Shown here: one piece after another, positions 21,804-31,825 of the stretch
Layout: every line of letters starts with the position of its first letter
Numbering within the stretch: the first letter of the stretch is position 1
Assembly (NCBI GenBank): GCA_003208875.1
Contig: QCUR01000001.1
Coordinates: forward strand, 128,001 to 192,000
Direction of reading: 5' to 3'
Length of the DNA: 64,000 nucleotides
From: Prochlorococcus sp. AG-679-M23
GTDB taxonomy: Bacteria; Cyanobacteriota; Cyanobacteriia; PCC-6307; Cyanobiaceae
The notes under the pieces: model-generated
Told to the model about the DNA's origin: nothing
Database searches by the model: none
What the model saw: only the letters and a program-made list of their open reading frames with translations
Program-made: the position numbers and the translations under genes

Positions 21804-21823
21804 TATAATCTTTAGAAAAGAGG
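21804..21823 (+). promoter_or_regulatory. candidate -10 box and ribosome-binding site for the nucleotidyltransferase gene
   Basis: TATAAT at 21804-21809 and AGAGG at 21819-21823 ahead of ATG 21836. Confidence 0.4.
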
Positions 21824-21835
21824 TATATAGAGCTG

Positions 21836-23014
21836 ATGAAGGCAATGATACTTGCAGCAGGCAAAGGAACTCGCATTCAACCAATAACGCATATTATTCC
21901 TAAACCAATGATTCCTATTTTGCAAAAACCCGTGATGGAATTCCTTTTGGAACTTTTAAAAGAACATGGTTTTAAAGAAATAATGGTAAATGTTTCTCAT
22001 CTTGCAGAGGAAATTGAAAACTATTTTAGGGACGGGCAAAGATTTGGTGTTGAGATAGCCTACAGCTTTGAAGGAAGAATTGAAGATGGAGAAATGATTG
22101 GTGATGCTTTAGGTTCGGCCGGAGGATTAAAAAAAATTCAAGATTTTCAAAACTTTTTTGATGAAACTTTTGTTGTATTGTGCGGGGACGCCTTAGTTGA
22201 TTTAGATTTGACTGAAGCCGTTAAAAATCATAAGAAAAAAGGGGCGATAGCAAGCCTAATAACAAAAAAGGTTACTAGAGACCAGGTATCTAGTTATGGA
22301 GTTGTAGTATCTGATGAAAATGGGCGAATTCAAGCTTTTCAAGAAAAACCTGATGTAGATGATGCTTTGAGTGATTCAATTAATACTGGTATTTATCTTT
22401 TTGAGCCTGAGATTTTTAACTATATTCCATCAGGAGATAAATTTGATATAGGAGCTGATCTATTTCCTAAACTTGTAGAAATGGATTTGCCATTTTTTGC
22501 TTTGCCGATGGATTTTGAGTGGGTAGATATTGGAAAAGTTCCTGATTACTGGAGTGCGATTAGGAATGTTTTATTAGGTAAAGTAAGGCAAGTGGAAATC
22601 CCTGGAAAAGAAATTAAGCCTGGAGTCTTTACGGGTCTTAATGTTGCTGCAAATTGGGATAAAGTTAATATAAAAGGACCCGTTTATATTGGAGGGATGA
22701 CAAGAATAGAAGATGGTGCAACTATTATTGGCCCCTCTATGATTGGACCAAGTTGTTGTATTTGTGAGGGTGCAACTATAGATAACTCTATAATCTTTGA
22801 TTATTCAAAAATTGGGAAAGGAGTACAACTTGTCGATAAATTAGTATTTGGTAGATATTGTGTTGGAAAAAATGGAGACCATTTTGATTTGAAAGATGCT
22901 TCTTTGGATTGGTTAATAACAGACTCAAGAAGATTAGATTTAACAGAACCATCTCCTCAACAAAAAGCTATGGCAGAATTACTAGGAACTGATTTAATTA
23001 ACATTCCAGATTGA
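21836..23014 (+). CDS. cugP: NDP-sugar pyrophosphorylase, probable cyanobacterial UDP-glucose pyrophosphorylase CugP
   Basis: MKAMILAAGKGTR...IPKPMIPILQKPVMEFLLELL...FRDGQRFGVEIAYSFEG; C-terminal beta-helix hexapeptide repeats. Confidence 0.75.
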   Translation: MKAMILAAGKGTRIQPITHIIPKPMIPILQKPVMEFLLELLKEHGFKEIMVNVSHLAEEIENYFRDGQRFGVEIAYSFEGRIEDGEMIGDALGSAGGLKKIQDFQNFFDETFVVLCGDALVDLDLTEAVKNHKKKGAIASLITKKVTRDQVSSYGVVVSDENGRIQAFQEKPDVDDALSDSINTGIYLFEPEIFNYIPSGDKFDIGADLFPKLVEMDLPFFALPMDFEWVDIGKVPDYWSAIRNVLLGKVRQVEIPGKEIKPGVFTGLNVAANWDKVNIKGPVYIGGMTRIEDGATIIGPSMIGPSCCICEGATIDNSIIFDYSKIGKGVQLVDKLVFGRYCVGKNGDHFDLKDASLDWLITDSRRLDLTEPSPQQKAMAELLGTDLINIPD

Positions 23015-23888
23015 GTCCAGCTTTTTCAAGTATCTCTGGGATAAGATGCTCTGATTTGACTGCCATAAGATGAATTCCATCTGCAATATTAATAAAATCT
23101 TTAGCTTGCTCTGAAGCAATTAATATTCCTTCTTTAAGTGGATTTTTTGCATCTTTGAGACGATTTAAAACATTTTCAGGAATATTCGCTCCAGGTACAA
23201 ATTTATTTATGAAAAGAGCATTTTTATATGATTTTAAAAGAAATACACCTGCAATTACTGGTATCTCAAGTGGATTGCTGATTTCGTTACAAAAGTCTGC
23301 TAAACATTTTTTATCCATAACTATTTGAGTTTGTAAGAAATTTGCTCCTGCCTCCTTTTTTTTTATTGTTCTACTTTTTAAACTTCTTTTATTTCGACAA
23401 CTTGGATCTACTGCAGCACCTGAAAAGATCCTAGTGCTTTTGTCTGGAAGTTGATTAAAAGTAGGGTCAATTCCTTGATTGAATGATTGAATTTGTTTTA
23501 ATAATCGCACTGCCTCAAATTCATGAACTGCTTTTGTTTCTTGCTGATCACCAGCTTTGACAGAATCTCCTGTAATGCATAGGATATTTTTAATACCTAA
23601 GGCATTTGCTCCAAGAATATCTGATTGTAAAGCGATTTTATTACGATCTCTGCATGAGATTTGCATTATAGGTTCTATCCCATTTTCCAGTAGAAGTTTA
23701 GACATTGCTAAACTGCACATCCTCATTATTGCTCTACTTCCATCTGTAACATTAACCGCATGCACCTTATTTTTGAGAATTTGTGCTATTTTAAGAGATC
23801 TTATGGGGTCTCCTCCTCTTGGCGGCATTAATTCTGCTGTAATTACTTTTAGATTTTTTTCTAAAGTTTGCTGAAGTTTTGATTTCAA
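22998..23888 (-). CDS. metF: methylenetetrahydrofolate reductase
   Basis: ITAELMPPRG, VNVTD, CRDRN, ITGD, AGANFLQTQ. Confidence 0.92.
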   Translation of the reverse strand: MKSKLQQTLEKNLKVITAELMPPRGGDPIRSLKIAQILKNKVHAVNVTDGSRAIMRMCSLAMSKLLLENGIEPIMQISCRDRNKIALQSDILGANALGIKNILCITGDSVKAGDQQETKAVHEFEAVRLLKQIQSFNQGIDPTFNQLPDKSTRIFSGAAVDPSCRNKRSLKSRTIKKKEAGANFLQTQIVMDKKCLADFCNEISNPLEIPVIAGVFLLKSYKNALFINKFVPGANIPENVLNRLKDAKNPLKEGILIASEQAKDFINIADGIHLMAVKSEHLIPEILEKAGLNLEC

Positions 23889-23965
23889 TTGCTTTTTTTC
23901 CTTACTTGGTTAAGAAGTTTACTGTTACTGCTAAACTCAATTAATATATAAAAGGAACTGTTTAA

Positions 23966-24244
23966 ATGCAAATGGTTGAAGAAGGTGTTAACGACATTGA
24001 TATGATGGGTCTCTCATCTAGAGAGATGGAAATCATAGATTTAGTAGCTGATGGGCTTACAAATCAAGAAATTGCTGTAAAGCTTACTATTAGTAAAAGA
24101 ACTGTTGATAATCATGTAAGTAATATGTTCACTAAAACAGGATCCAAAAATAGAGTAGCTCTTTTAAATTGGGCAATGGATCACGGAAAAATCTGTAGAG
24201 ATGGGTTTAATTGTTGTTCTCTACCTGATTCAGATCAAGATTAA
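23966..24244 (+). CDS. pedR: small LuxR-type HTH regulator, PedR-like
   Basis: LSSREMEII.LVADGLTNQEIA..L.ISKRTVDNHVSN HTH with no receiver domain; C-terminal C-x5-CC. Confidence 0.75.
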   Translation: MQMVEEGVNDIDMMGLSSREMEIIDLVADGLTNQEIAVKLTISKRTVDNHVSNMFTKTGSKNRVALLNWAMDHGKICRDGFNCCSLPDSDQD

Positions 24245-24392
24245 TATTATTTTCTTTATAGACACTAGATATTGAATTCATTAAACAACAATGTGATGAA
24301 TTGAGTTCAAAAAGTTCTGCATAATCAAGACATGCTTCTCTATCAAAGTTGACGCATCTTAGTATCCCATCTTTGTCATACAGACCATACAT
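24207..24392 (-). CDS. small hypothetical protein (61 aa)
   Basis: ATG start, fills the gap between CYTH and LuxR genes, protein-like YGLYDKDGILR...REACLDYAELF; last 38 nt overlap the LuxR gene. Confidence 0.65.
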   Translation of the reverse strand: MYGLYDKDGILRCVNFDREACLDYAELFELNSSHCCLMNSISSVYKENNINLDLNQVENNN

Positions 24393-24465
24393 ATCAAAAA
24401 AAAATACGCTGTATTACAAATATAAAGAAAATACAAAGGGAAAGAGAGTTTTTGGCTAATTTTTT

Positions 24466-24942
24466 TTAAATCTTTGTTTCCCATTTTGCAAAGGGATGTT
24501 TTGTCAGATTAAGATTGGTATATATTGTTAGGCCTGTAATTTCTTTTGCTAAAAAAGATGGAAGAATAACTTTCTCTTTTTCTTCAGTTAGCTCAATTTC
24601 GGCAATTTTTAAAGGAAAATTTTTTTCTTTAAAGCAATCTATAATCCAATCTTTTTGATTAACTTTTAAAAAAAATCTTTCTTTTTTAATTGTATTGGCA
24701 AGAGTTGCCATGATTTTTTCACCTTCACTATTTGGTATTGAGTATTCAAATTCGTAATTAGTAAAATTTTTAATATGTTTTTTAAGTGCAATTTTATATT
24801 TTTTGCCGTTAAATCTGATTCTTATTATCCAATCTTCTAAATCGTAGGAAAGATAGCCCTGCTCTATAAAAGTTTTATGAGTAATAAATTCCTTCCATTG
24901 ATCATTTTTGATTAGAAATCGCCTTTCAATTTCTAATGACAT
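24466..24942 (-). CDS. CYTH-domain protein (triphosphate tunnel metalloenzyme / class IV adenylate cyclase family)
   Basis: EIERRFL (ExExK/R), IEQGYL, RIR, EFEY.I, AEIEL. Confidence 0.88.
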   Translation of the reverse strand: MSLEIERRFLIKNDQWKEFITHKTFIEQGYLSYDLEDWIIRIRFNGKKYKIALKKHIKNFTNYEFEYSIPNSEGEKIMATLANTIKKERFFLKVNQKDWIIDCFKEKNFPLKIAEIELTEEKEKVILPSFLAKEITGLTIYTNLNLTKHPFAKWETKI

Positions 24943-25857
24943 CTAATTATTTTGATTATTTTTTAATGATAAATCTCCTTTCCAATCAAGCTTTTTGATT
25001 AATGTATTGTAATAGGAAATGCTTTTATTAAATTTAATCATTCTACAGGGCTTTGTTACTTTATTTATTTCACAATAATCATTTTCTTTTATAGTCATGC
25101 ACTTTGATCCATCTTTCCATAGTTTTATTTCTCTTTTATTCTTTTGAACGGCTCTAATTATTACTTTACTTGTATCAGGAATAATAATTGGCCGGCTAGC
25201 TAAGCTCATAGGGCATATTGGATTTATTACGAAGGCATTTATTGAAGGGTGTACTATTGGACCTCCTGCTGCCATAGAGTATGCCGTAGAACCAGTTGAG
25301 GAAGAAATAATTAAACCATCACCTTTATATTCGTTTACTTTCTCACTATCTATTTCGATTTGAATTTGATTGGTTGGAGAAATATCTTCTTCAACAGATT
25401 TAAAATAAAAATCATTTAATGCATCATACCTTTTGAGTAATTTTCTTTCTCTGTGCTTTTCGTAACTATATACATCACAATGTAATCTGTTTCTGAAATC
25501 AGTTATGAATTCTTTTTTTTCTAAAATTTTGATAAATGATTTGTCAAACAAAAAATCCTTCTCTTGAGTCAAAAATCCTAAATTACCGCCAATATTAAAA
25601 CTAAGTATAGGAATATCATAGTTAACTAATGCATTTGCAGATTTAAGAACAGTGCCATCACCACCAAGAACAATGACTAGATCAGGTAATGCAGCAAGGT
25701 TGCAAAAGTAACTTTCTAATTGATTGTTATCAAAATCACTTTCTATCCTTTTTGATTTAATATTTTTATCTTTGAGAGCTTTGGTACAGAATATGGATGC
25801 CTGTTTAGCGCTTGGGCTATTAGAGCGAAATATAATAAGCACCAATGAGAGGTTCAC
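24943..25857 (-). CDS. nadK: NAD kinase
   Basis: [24 protein letters not shown]...[12 protein letters not shown]. Confidence 0.95.
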   Translation of the reverse strand: MNLSLVLIIFRSNSPSAKQASIFCTKALKDKNIKSKRIESDFDNNQLESYFCNLAALPDLVIVLGGDGTVLKSANALVNYDIPILSFNIGGNLGFLTQEKDFLFDKSFIKILEKKEFITDFRNRLHCDVYSYEKHRERKLLKRYDALNDFYFKSVEEDISPTNQIQIEIDSEKVNEYKGDGLIISSSTGSTAYSMAAGGPIVHPSINAFVINPICPMSLASRPIIIPDTSKVIIRAVQKNKREIKLWKDGSKCMTIKENDYCEINKVTKPCRMIKFNKSISYYNTLIKKLDWKGDLSLKNNQNN

Positions 25858-25867
25858 CTGATGCTTG

Positions 25868-26188
25868 TTACCACTTTAATAAATTAAAACTTTCCATATC
25901 CACAGTTACTCTATTTCTATAAAGAGATAACAATATAGCTAAACCTACAGCTGCTTCTGCTGCTGCAACTGTAATAACAAAAATTGTAAAAACCTGCCCT
26001 TGAATTAGATTATTGTCCACATAAGAAGAGAAGGCCATCAAATTTATATTAACGGCATTCAACATTAACTCTATACTCATAAGTACTCTAACTGCATTTC
26101 TACTATTTAATAATCCCCAAATACCAATACAAAATAACATTGAGGAAACTATTAAAAAAGCTTGAAGTGGGATGGATTCTAAATTCAT
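25868..26188 (-). CDS. ndhE: NDH-1 subunit 4L
   Basis: [26 protein letters not shown]. Confidence 0.97.
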   Translation of the reverse strand: MNLESIPLQAFLIVSSMLFCIGIWGLLNSRNAVRVLMSIELMLNAVNINLMAFSSYVDNNLIQGQVFTIFVITVAAAEAAVGLAILLSLYRNRVTVDMESFNLLKW

Positions 26189-26189
26189 A

Positions 26190-26789
26190 TTAATTTTTTT
26201 TTATTAATAAAGGTTCATTTGGCTTCTCTATTAGTTCTTGATCTACCGGTAATCCTGTTGAAACATCTTTATTCATAACATCTCTTCTAGCCAAAACAAT
26301 AGCTCCAATCATGGCCATTAAAAGTAATACAGATGCCACCTCAAAGGGGAGCAAATAATCACTAAATAAGTGTTCTCCAATTCTTATTGTAGATTCTTCG
26401 CCTATAGATGCACTAGGTTCTGCCAATCCCCAAGTATTGGATAAGTCAACTCTAATTAACAAACTTAGAAGAGTTAAGCAAATTGATGTTGAAATAATTT
26501 TTCTTGATTTAATATTTTCAATAGGCCTTAAATCTTCTTTTTTATTAACCAACATTATTGCAAAAATTATTAGTACATTAACTGCCCCTACATAAACTAA
26601 AACTTGAGCTGCAGCTACAAAACTCGCGTTTAATAGAAGATATAAGCCTGCAACACTCATGAAAACCCCACCGAGCAAAAATGCAGAGTAAACAATATTC
26701 TCAAGAAGGATTACTCCTAGTGCTCCAATTATTACAACTAAAGATAGTACTGAAAAACAAATTATTTGGGTTGTGAATGCTATAGACAT
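26190..26789 (-). CDS. ndhG: NDH-1 subunit 6
   Basis: [36 protein letters not shown]. Confidence 0.97.
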   Translation of the reverse strand: MSIAFTTQIICFSVLSLVVIIGALGVILLENIVYSAFLLGGVFMSVAGLYLLLNASFVAAAQVLVYVGAVNVLIIFAIMLVNKKEDLRPIENIKSRKIISTSICLTLLSLLIRVDLSNTWGLAEPSASIGEESTIRIGEHLFSDYLLPFEVASVLLLMAMIGAIVLARRDVMNKDVSTGLPVDQELIEKPNEPLLIKKN

Positions 26790-26802
26790 TTATTATTTAC
26801 AG

Positions 26803-27429
26803 TTATTTATTTGGTTTGATAGTAGGGTTTTTAATATCATTCAATTCTGGTTTCATCCAATCATAAACTTCTTCTGGTAGTTTACCAACTCTTACATCTG
26901 CAGGAGGAACTTCATGAGGATCCATAACTCCTTTAGGCAAATATGCAAGTTCTCTAAGAGGTTTTACAGAAGGATCAGTAGTAACGTTTGTTGGAAGTCT
27001 ACCTAATGCTATATTGTCAAAATTTAAATTATGTCTATCGAATGTAGCTAATTCATATTCTTCAGTCATAGATAAGCAATTTGTAGGACAATATTCAACA
27101 CAATTACCGCAAAAAATACAAACTCCAAAGTCTATAGAGTAATTTCTAAGTTCCTTTTTCTTAGTTTCTTTATTCATAATCCAGTCCACGACTGGTAGAT
27201 TTATAGGACAAACGCGTACGCAAACCTCACAGGCTATACATTTGTCAAATTCATAATGGATTCTTCCTCTATATCTTTCAGAAGGAATTAACTTCTCATA
27301 AGGGTATTGAACAGTAACTGGTCTTCTACGAAGATGATCAAAAGTTACAGAAAATCCATCAAATAAATATTTACCAGCACTAAAGGCTTCTTTTATATAA
27401 CTATTTACTTTTTGAAGAAAATCTTTCAT
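26803..27429 (-). CDS. ndhI: NDH-1 subunit I (2x[4Fe-4S])
   Basis: [12 protein letters not shown] and [12 protein letters not shown]. Confidence 0.97.
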   Translation of the reverse strand: MKDFLQKVNSYIKEAFSAGKYLFDGFSVTFDHLRRRPVTVQYPYEKLIPSERYRGRIHYEFDKCIACEVCVRVCPINLPVVDWIMNKETKKKELRNYSIDFGVCIFCGNCVEYCPTNCLSMTEEYELATFDRHNLNFDNIALGRLPTNVTTDPSVKPLRELAYLPKGVMDPHEVPPADVRVGKLPEEVYDWMKPELNDIKNPTIKPNK

Positions 27430-27497
27430 TTAAAGAATTTACTTGGTTATTTCATTCTAGTGGATTTATTTAATGTTTAAGTATATGTACTTAAACA

Positions 27498-28616
27498 TTA
27501 TCCACCAAAAAATTGAGGGAAAGCTAATTTTAGTCCTGCTGTCACAAGTAGATTAGCAAGAGATATGGGTAGAAGGAATTTCCATCCTAAATCTAGTAGT
27601 TGATCTATTCTCACCCTTGGTGTTGTCCAGCGCAATAATATAGCAACAAAAACCAATAGATATGCTTTGAGAACAGTCATTATGATTCCTATAGAAGCTG
27701 TGAAAACTTGAATCACAGGAGCATCAATTGGAAGATTTAGAACTTTAGCAATTATCTCAACAGGAATAGGAAATCCCCATCCACCTAGATAAAGTATGGA
27801 TACTAATAATGCAGATAGGATTAAATTTATATAACTGCCTAAATAGAATAAAGCAAATTTCATTCCAGCATATTCAGTTTGATAACCCGCTACTAATTCT
27901 TCCTCAGCTTCTGGTAAGTCGAATGGTAGCCTTTCGCATTCAGCAAGAGCACATATCCAGAAAATTATGAATCCAATAGGTTGCCTCCATATATTCCAAC
28001 TTAATATTCCAGCTCCGCTTTGTTGATTAACAATATCAACAGTACTAAGGGAATTTGTCATTAAAACGATAGCTAGTACAGATAAAGCCAGAGGTATTTC
28101 ATAGCTAATAGATTGGGCAGCTGCTCTTAATCCGCCTAATAATGAATATTTATTATTTGAGGCGTAGCCGCTCATAAGAAGTCCAATAGGTTGAATACTA
28201 CTTAGAGCTATCCAAAGAAAAATTCCAATACCAACATTACTAATAAGTAAGTTTTGGCCAAAGGGAACAATTAACCAGGAGAGAATAACTGGTACCAATA
28301 CCAATATTGGTCCAGCAGTGAATAGAATTGAATCTGCTTTTGCAGGAATAATATCTTCTTTTACAAGTAATTTCAGACCGTCTGCAATCGGTTGAAGTAC
28401 TCCTAAAGCTCCTGCATATTCTGGACCTATTCTTTGTTGGGCAGCAGCAGATATTTTTCTTTCTAACCAAACTGTGACTAATACACCAACTACTGCTGAT
28501 ACTAAAACTAATAACATTGGTAAAGGTAGCCAGATTATGTGAGCAAGTTCACTTGAGAGGCCGAAGCCTTTTAAAATTTCATTAAAACTATATTCGAGAT
28601 CTAATCCGGAGTTCAA
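27498..28616 (-). CDS. ndhA: NDH-1 subunit 1
   Basis: [44 protein letters not shown]. Confidence 0.97.
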   Translation of the reverse strand: MNSGLDLEYSFNEILKGFGLSSELAHIIWLPLPMLLVLVSAVVGVLVTVWLERKISAAAQQRIGPEYAGALGVLQPIADGLKLLVKEDIIPAKADSILFTAGPILVLVPVILSWLIVPFGQNLLISNVGIGIFLWIALSSIQPIGLLMSGYASNNKYSLLGGLRAAAQSISYEIPLALSVLAIVLMTNSLSTVDIVNQQSGAGILSWNIWRQPIGFIIFWICALAECERLPFDLPEAEEELVAGYQTEYAGMKFALFYLGSYINLILSALLVSILYLGGWGFPIPVEIIAKVLNLPIDAPVIQVFTASIGIIMTVLKAYLLVFVAILLRWTTPRVRIDQLLDLGWKFLLPISLANLLVTAGLKLAFPQFFGG

Positions 28617-28649
28617 AATTTTGTTGTTAGTTATTCTTTAGAGTAACTC

Positions 28650-28679
28650 TTCATAAACAATATGTGTGTTTTTTATGAA
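28650..28679 (-). terminator. possible weak hairpin downstream of gltA
   Basis: TTCATAAA...TTTATGAA 8-bp inverted repeat in the gltA-ndhA gap; AT-rich with no clear U-tract. Confidence 0.25.
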
Positions 28680-28691
28680 AAGCTGAAAATA

Positions 28692-29837
28692 TTATTTTCG
28701 ATTTTCTAAAGTAATCCAATCTCTTGGAGCCGAACCAGTATAAATTTGAGATGGTCTAAAAATTCTGTTTGCTCCTAATTGTTCTCTCCAATGAGCTAAC
28801 CAACCTGCGACTCTTGATATTGCAAAAATAGGAGTAAATAAGTCTCGGGGAATACCAAGTTTTCTGTAAACAAGGCCAGAATAGAAATCAACGTTTGGAA
28901 AAATGCCTTTTCCTCCTAGCCTTGGAATAGCCTCTAACTCTAATTTTTTAGCAACTTCATACATTTCATCTTTTCCAAACCTAACAAAAAGCTCCTCTGC
29001 TAATTTCTGAAGAATAATTGCTCGAGGATCTTTAACTTTATACTCTCGATGTCCGAAACCCATTATTTTACTTTTTTTTCGAATCGCATCTTCTAAAAAA
29101 GAAGCAGCTTTTTCAGGAGTTTTAATATCTTCTAACATGGCAATTACATCTTCATTTGCTCCTCCATGAAGAGGACCAGCTAATGTTCCTACTGCAGAAG
29201 CAATTACCGCGTATGGGTCTGTAAGCGTACTAGCCGTAACACGTGCGCTAAATGTACTAGCATTTAAACTATGTTCTGCATGAAGAATTAGGCATCTATC
29301 AAAAACTTTTGCAGCTATGGGATCTTGTTCTTTTTCAGTCAACATATAAAGAAAATTTGATGAGTAAGATAAATCATCTCTTGGTTGAATGGGATCTTGT
29401 CCTTTTCTTATAAGTTGAAATGCAGCAATCATTGTTGGAATTTTTGCAATTAGTCTTATCACTGCGTTGTAGATATATTTGGGATCATCTATCGCTCTTC
29501 TTGAGTAGAAAAGACCAAGAGAGGCGGCACTGGACTGCAGAGCATCCATGGGATGCCCTGTGGCAGGGAAGCATTTCATCATATCTCTTACTCTGAAGCT
29601 TAATCTCCTATGCATCTGTACTTCTTGTTCAAAATCCCTTAGTTCTGTAGCTGAAGGTAATTCTCCCCAAATTAATAAAAAAGCAGTTTCTAAGAAACTA
29701 CTTTTCTGCGCTAATTCTTCAATTGAATAGCCTCTATACAATAATTTTCCTTTTTGACCATCAATATCACATATTGATGAATTAGTTACTGGAACACCCT
29801 CTAATCCTGGTTTTAAAATTAGTTTATGAGTATCCAA
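28692..29837 (-). CDS. gltA: citrate synthase
   Basis: LHAEHSLNAST, GPLHGGANE, MGFGHR, PNVDFYSG. Confidence 0.97.
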   Translation of the reverse strand: MDTHKLILKPGLEGVPVTNSSICDIDGQKGKLLYRGYSIEELAQKSSFLETAFLLIWGELPSATELRDFEQEVQMHRRLSFRVRDMMKCFPATGHPMDALQSSAASLGLFYSRRAIDDPKYIYNAVIRLIAKIPTMIAAFQLIRKGQDPIQPRDDLSYSSNFLYMLTEKEQDPIAAKVFDRCLILHAEHSLNASTFSARVTASTLTDPYAVIASAVGTLAGPLHGGANEDVIAMLEDIKTPEKAASFLEDAIRKKSKIMGFGHREYKVKDPRAIILQKLAEELFVRFGKDEMYEVAKKLELEAIPRLGGKGIFPNVDFYSGLVYRKLGIPRDLFTPIFAISRVAGWLAHWREQLGANRIFRPSQIYTGSAPRDWITLENRK

Positions 29838-29915
29838 AATTTTATGGAATATAAATCGTTTATAGGTCTAAGATAGTCAAATAATTTTTAGTTAACCACA
29901 AGATATCAATCAAAT

Positions 29916-31400
29916 TTAATTATTAAATATTTTTAAATTAGATTCTGCATAATAAAAAGGAGCTTTTTCTGGAATAGATTGTTTGATTATTGCCTTAAAT
30001 TCTATAATTGATAAATTAATTATATTTTTAAAAAAGCAATTAATGTTTTCTAAATTAGTGAAATTTTTAGTTTGAAATGAGTAAGGATTTCTGAGATTTA
30101 ATTTTTTATTTAGAAAATATTTAGCATGACTATCACCTCTTAAACTAAAAAACTCATTTGAAATTAAATCTATATCTGCTTCATTTACCAAAGTATTACT
30201 AATAAAGTTTAGATTGTCAGTCTGAACTAAAAAAATCTTTTTATAATTAGACTGTTTTATGGTATTTTCTTCTTTTTTAAGTACATCTTTTGAGTATATT
30301 GTATAAATTTTATTGTTATTTTCTAAACTATTTTTATTAAAATCTTCTAATAATTTTATTCTTTCAATTGAAAAATTATTCTTATCGTAAATTAATAACC
30401 AATTATTATCAGAACTTAAGAATAGTATATTTTGTTTTAAATTATTATTTATTTCTTTAATAAAATCTTTTTCAAAACTATTTATTTCGATATTATCAAG
30501 ATATTTATTAGAATCTAATAAATTATTATAAATCGCTATCTGATAGTTTTTTTTATCTAAAATATTTACATTATCCATGTTTTTATAAGATATAATATCT
30601 AAACTCTTGTCATTATTAAACAAATAAGATTTTAATATAAGATCTTTATCTTTAAAACTAAATAAAGTTACTAAATAGTCCTCTTTACTTAGAGGATAAA
30701 TGTTGTTATTTAATAATTCATTTGTTTTAAAATTATTAGTGAAGAAGATATTATGTTCATTTTTAAAATTATTCAATAATCCTTTAAAAGATATATATTT
30801 TTCCTCGATATTTTTATCAATATTTATTGATTGTAATACATTCATTATTAGTTTTTTATTAGAAGAAGCAATAATATAATTATCATTAGTTCGATAAATA
30901 TATTTTAAATAATTTAATTTATTTTCTCTAAATATTTTAATTAATTTATTAGGCTCATCAATTTTATTGGTAAGATTTAAAACATCGTCTATATCTTTTT
31001 TTTCCTTAATTTTAAAAATTATTAAAGTATCATCTATATCTTTTTCTTTATTATCATAGGTAGTTATTGCAAGTTCATTATTATAAACTTCTTCTAATTT
31101 GTTAGTACCTAAATCTATACCTAAGTAAGCTAATATACTATTTTTTATCAAAGCAATCTCATCTTGGTTTTTCTTTTCAAAGTTTGTCTTTATGGCGTTA
31201 GTGATTTCTGAACTTTTAGTATTTGAAACGAAGAATGTTTTATGATCTTTCGGTAAGTACTTTAAGATTTTCAATTCTGAAATATCATCTAGGCTTTCTT
31301 TATTTAAACTATAAGAAATTTCTTCAAATCCAAAAATACAACATAAGAATATTATTGTTATTATAGTTAATTGTTTAATATTCATTTTTATTTTTAACAA
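29916..31400 (-). CDS. hypothetical exported/membrane-anchored protein, N/K/I-rich (possibly highly diverged DUF3352-type)
   Basis: 494-aa ORF with N-terminal hydrophobic stretch then ILKYLPK...LAYLGIDL; family assignment is tentative. Confidence 0.6.
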   Translation of the reverse strand: MLKIKMNIKQLTIITIIFLCCIFGFEEISYSLNKESLDDISELKILKYLPKDHKTFFVSNTKSSEITNAIKTNFEKKNQDEIALIKNSILAYLGIDLGTNKLEEVYNNELAITTYDNKEKDIDDTLIIFKIKEKKDIDDVLNLTNKIDEPNKLIKIFRENKLNYLKYIYRTNDNYIIASSNKKLIMNVLQSINIDKNIEEKYISFKGLLNNFKNEHNIFFTNNFKTNELLNNNIYPLSKEDYLVTLFSFKDKDLILKSYLFNNDKSLDIISYKNMDNVNILDKKNYQIAIYNNLLDSNKYLDNIEINSFEKDFIKEINNNLKQNILFLSSDNNWLLIYDKNNFSIERIKLLEDFNKNSLENNNKIYTIYSKDVLKKEENTIKQSNYKKIFLVQTDNLNFISNTLVNEADIDLISNEFFSLRGDSHAKYFLNKKLNLRNPYSFQTKNFTNLENINCFFKNIINLSIIEFKAIIKQSIPEKAPFYYAESNLKIFNN

Positions 31401-31461
31401 TAAACATGTTCTTGCAACCTAACTTATAAAATTGTTAATAACAAATATTTAATTCTAACAA

Positions 31462-31812
31462 TTGGCAAAATATCCAAAAACTATAAATGCTTTTGATCTT
31501 AATGAATGGTTTAATTCTGAAGATGAAAATCCTATTATTATTGATGTTAGAGAGGATTCAGAACTCGAAATTGCATGTTTTCCTAGGGAATTTTTACATT
31601 TACCAATAAGTAAAGTTTCGGCTGAGTATGTAAAAACAAAAATAAGTGATATAAAAGATAAAAAGTTCGTTGTTCTTTGTCATGCCGGTATCAGAAGTTA
31701 TAATTTTGGACAATGGTCATTAGAAAATAACTTCGTAAACGAGATTTGGAATCTTGAAGAAGGTATAGATGGTTGGAGTAAGTATATTGATCAAACGATA
31801 CCTAGATATTAG
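31462..31812 (+). CDS. single-domain rhodanese-like protein
   Basis: IIDVREDSE, VLCHAGIRS active-site loop, NLEEGIDGW. Confidence 0.9.
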   Translation: MAKYPKTINAFDLNEWFNSEDENPIIIDVREDSELEIACFPREFLHLPISKVSAEYVKTKISDIKDKKFVVLCHAGIRSYNFGQWSLENNFVNEIWNLEEGIDGWSKYIDQTIPRY

Positions 31813-31825
31813 TTACTCATAGTTA

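Noticed and set aside
24404..24417. NtcA-like site upstream of the small ORF (GTA-N8-TAT on the - strand)
   Set aside because: Mismatch in the core and overlap with the probable -10; too weak in AT-rich DNA
29916..31400. Horizontally acquired island
   Set aside because: Single gene with no integrase, tRNA or flanking repeats; neighbours are core genes
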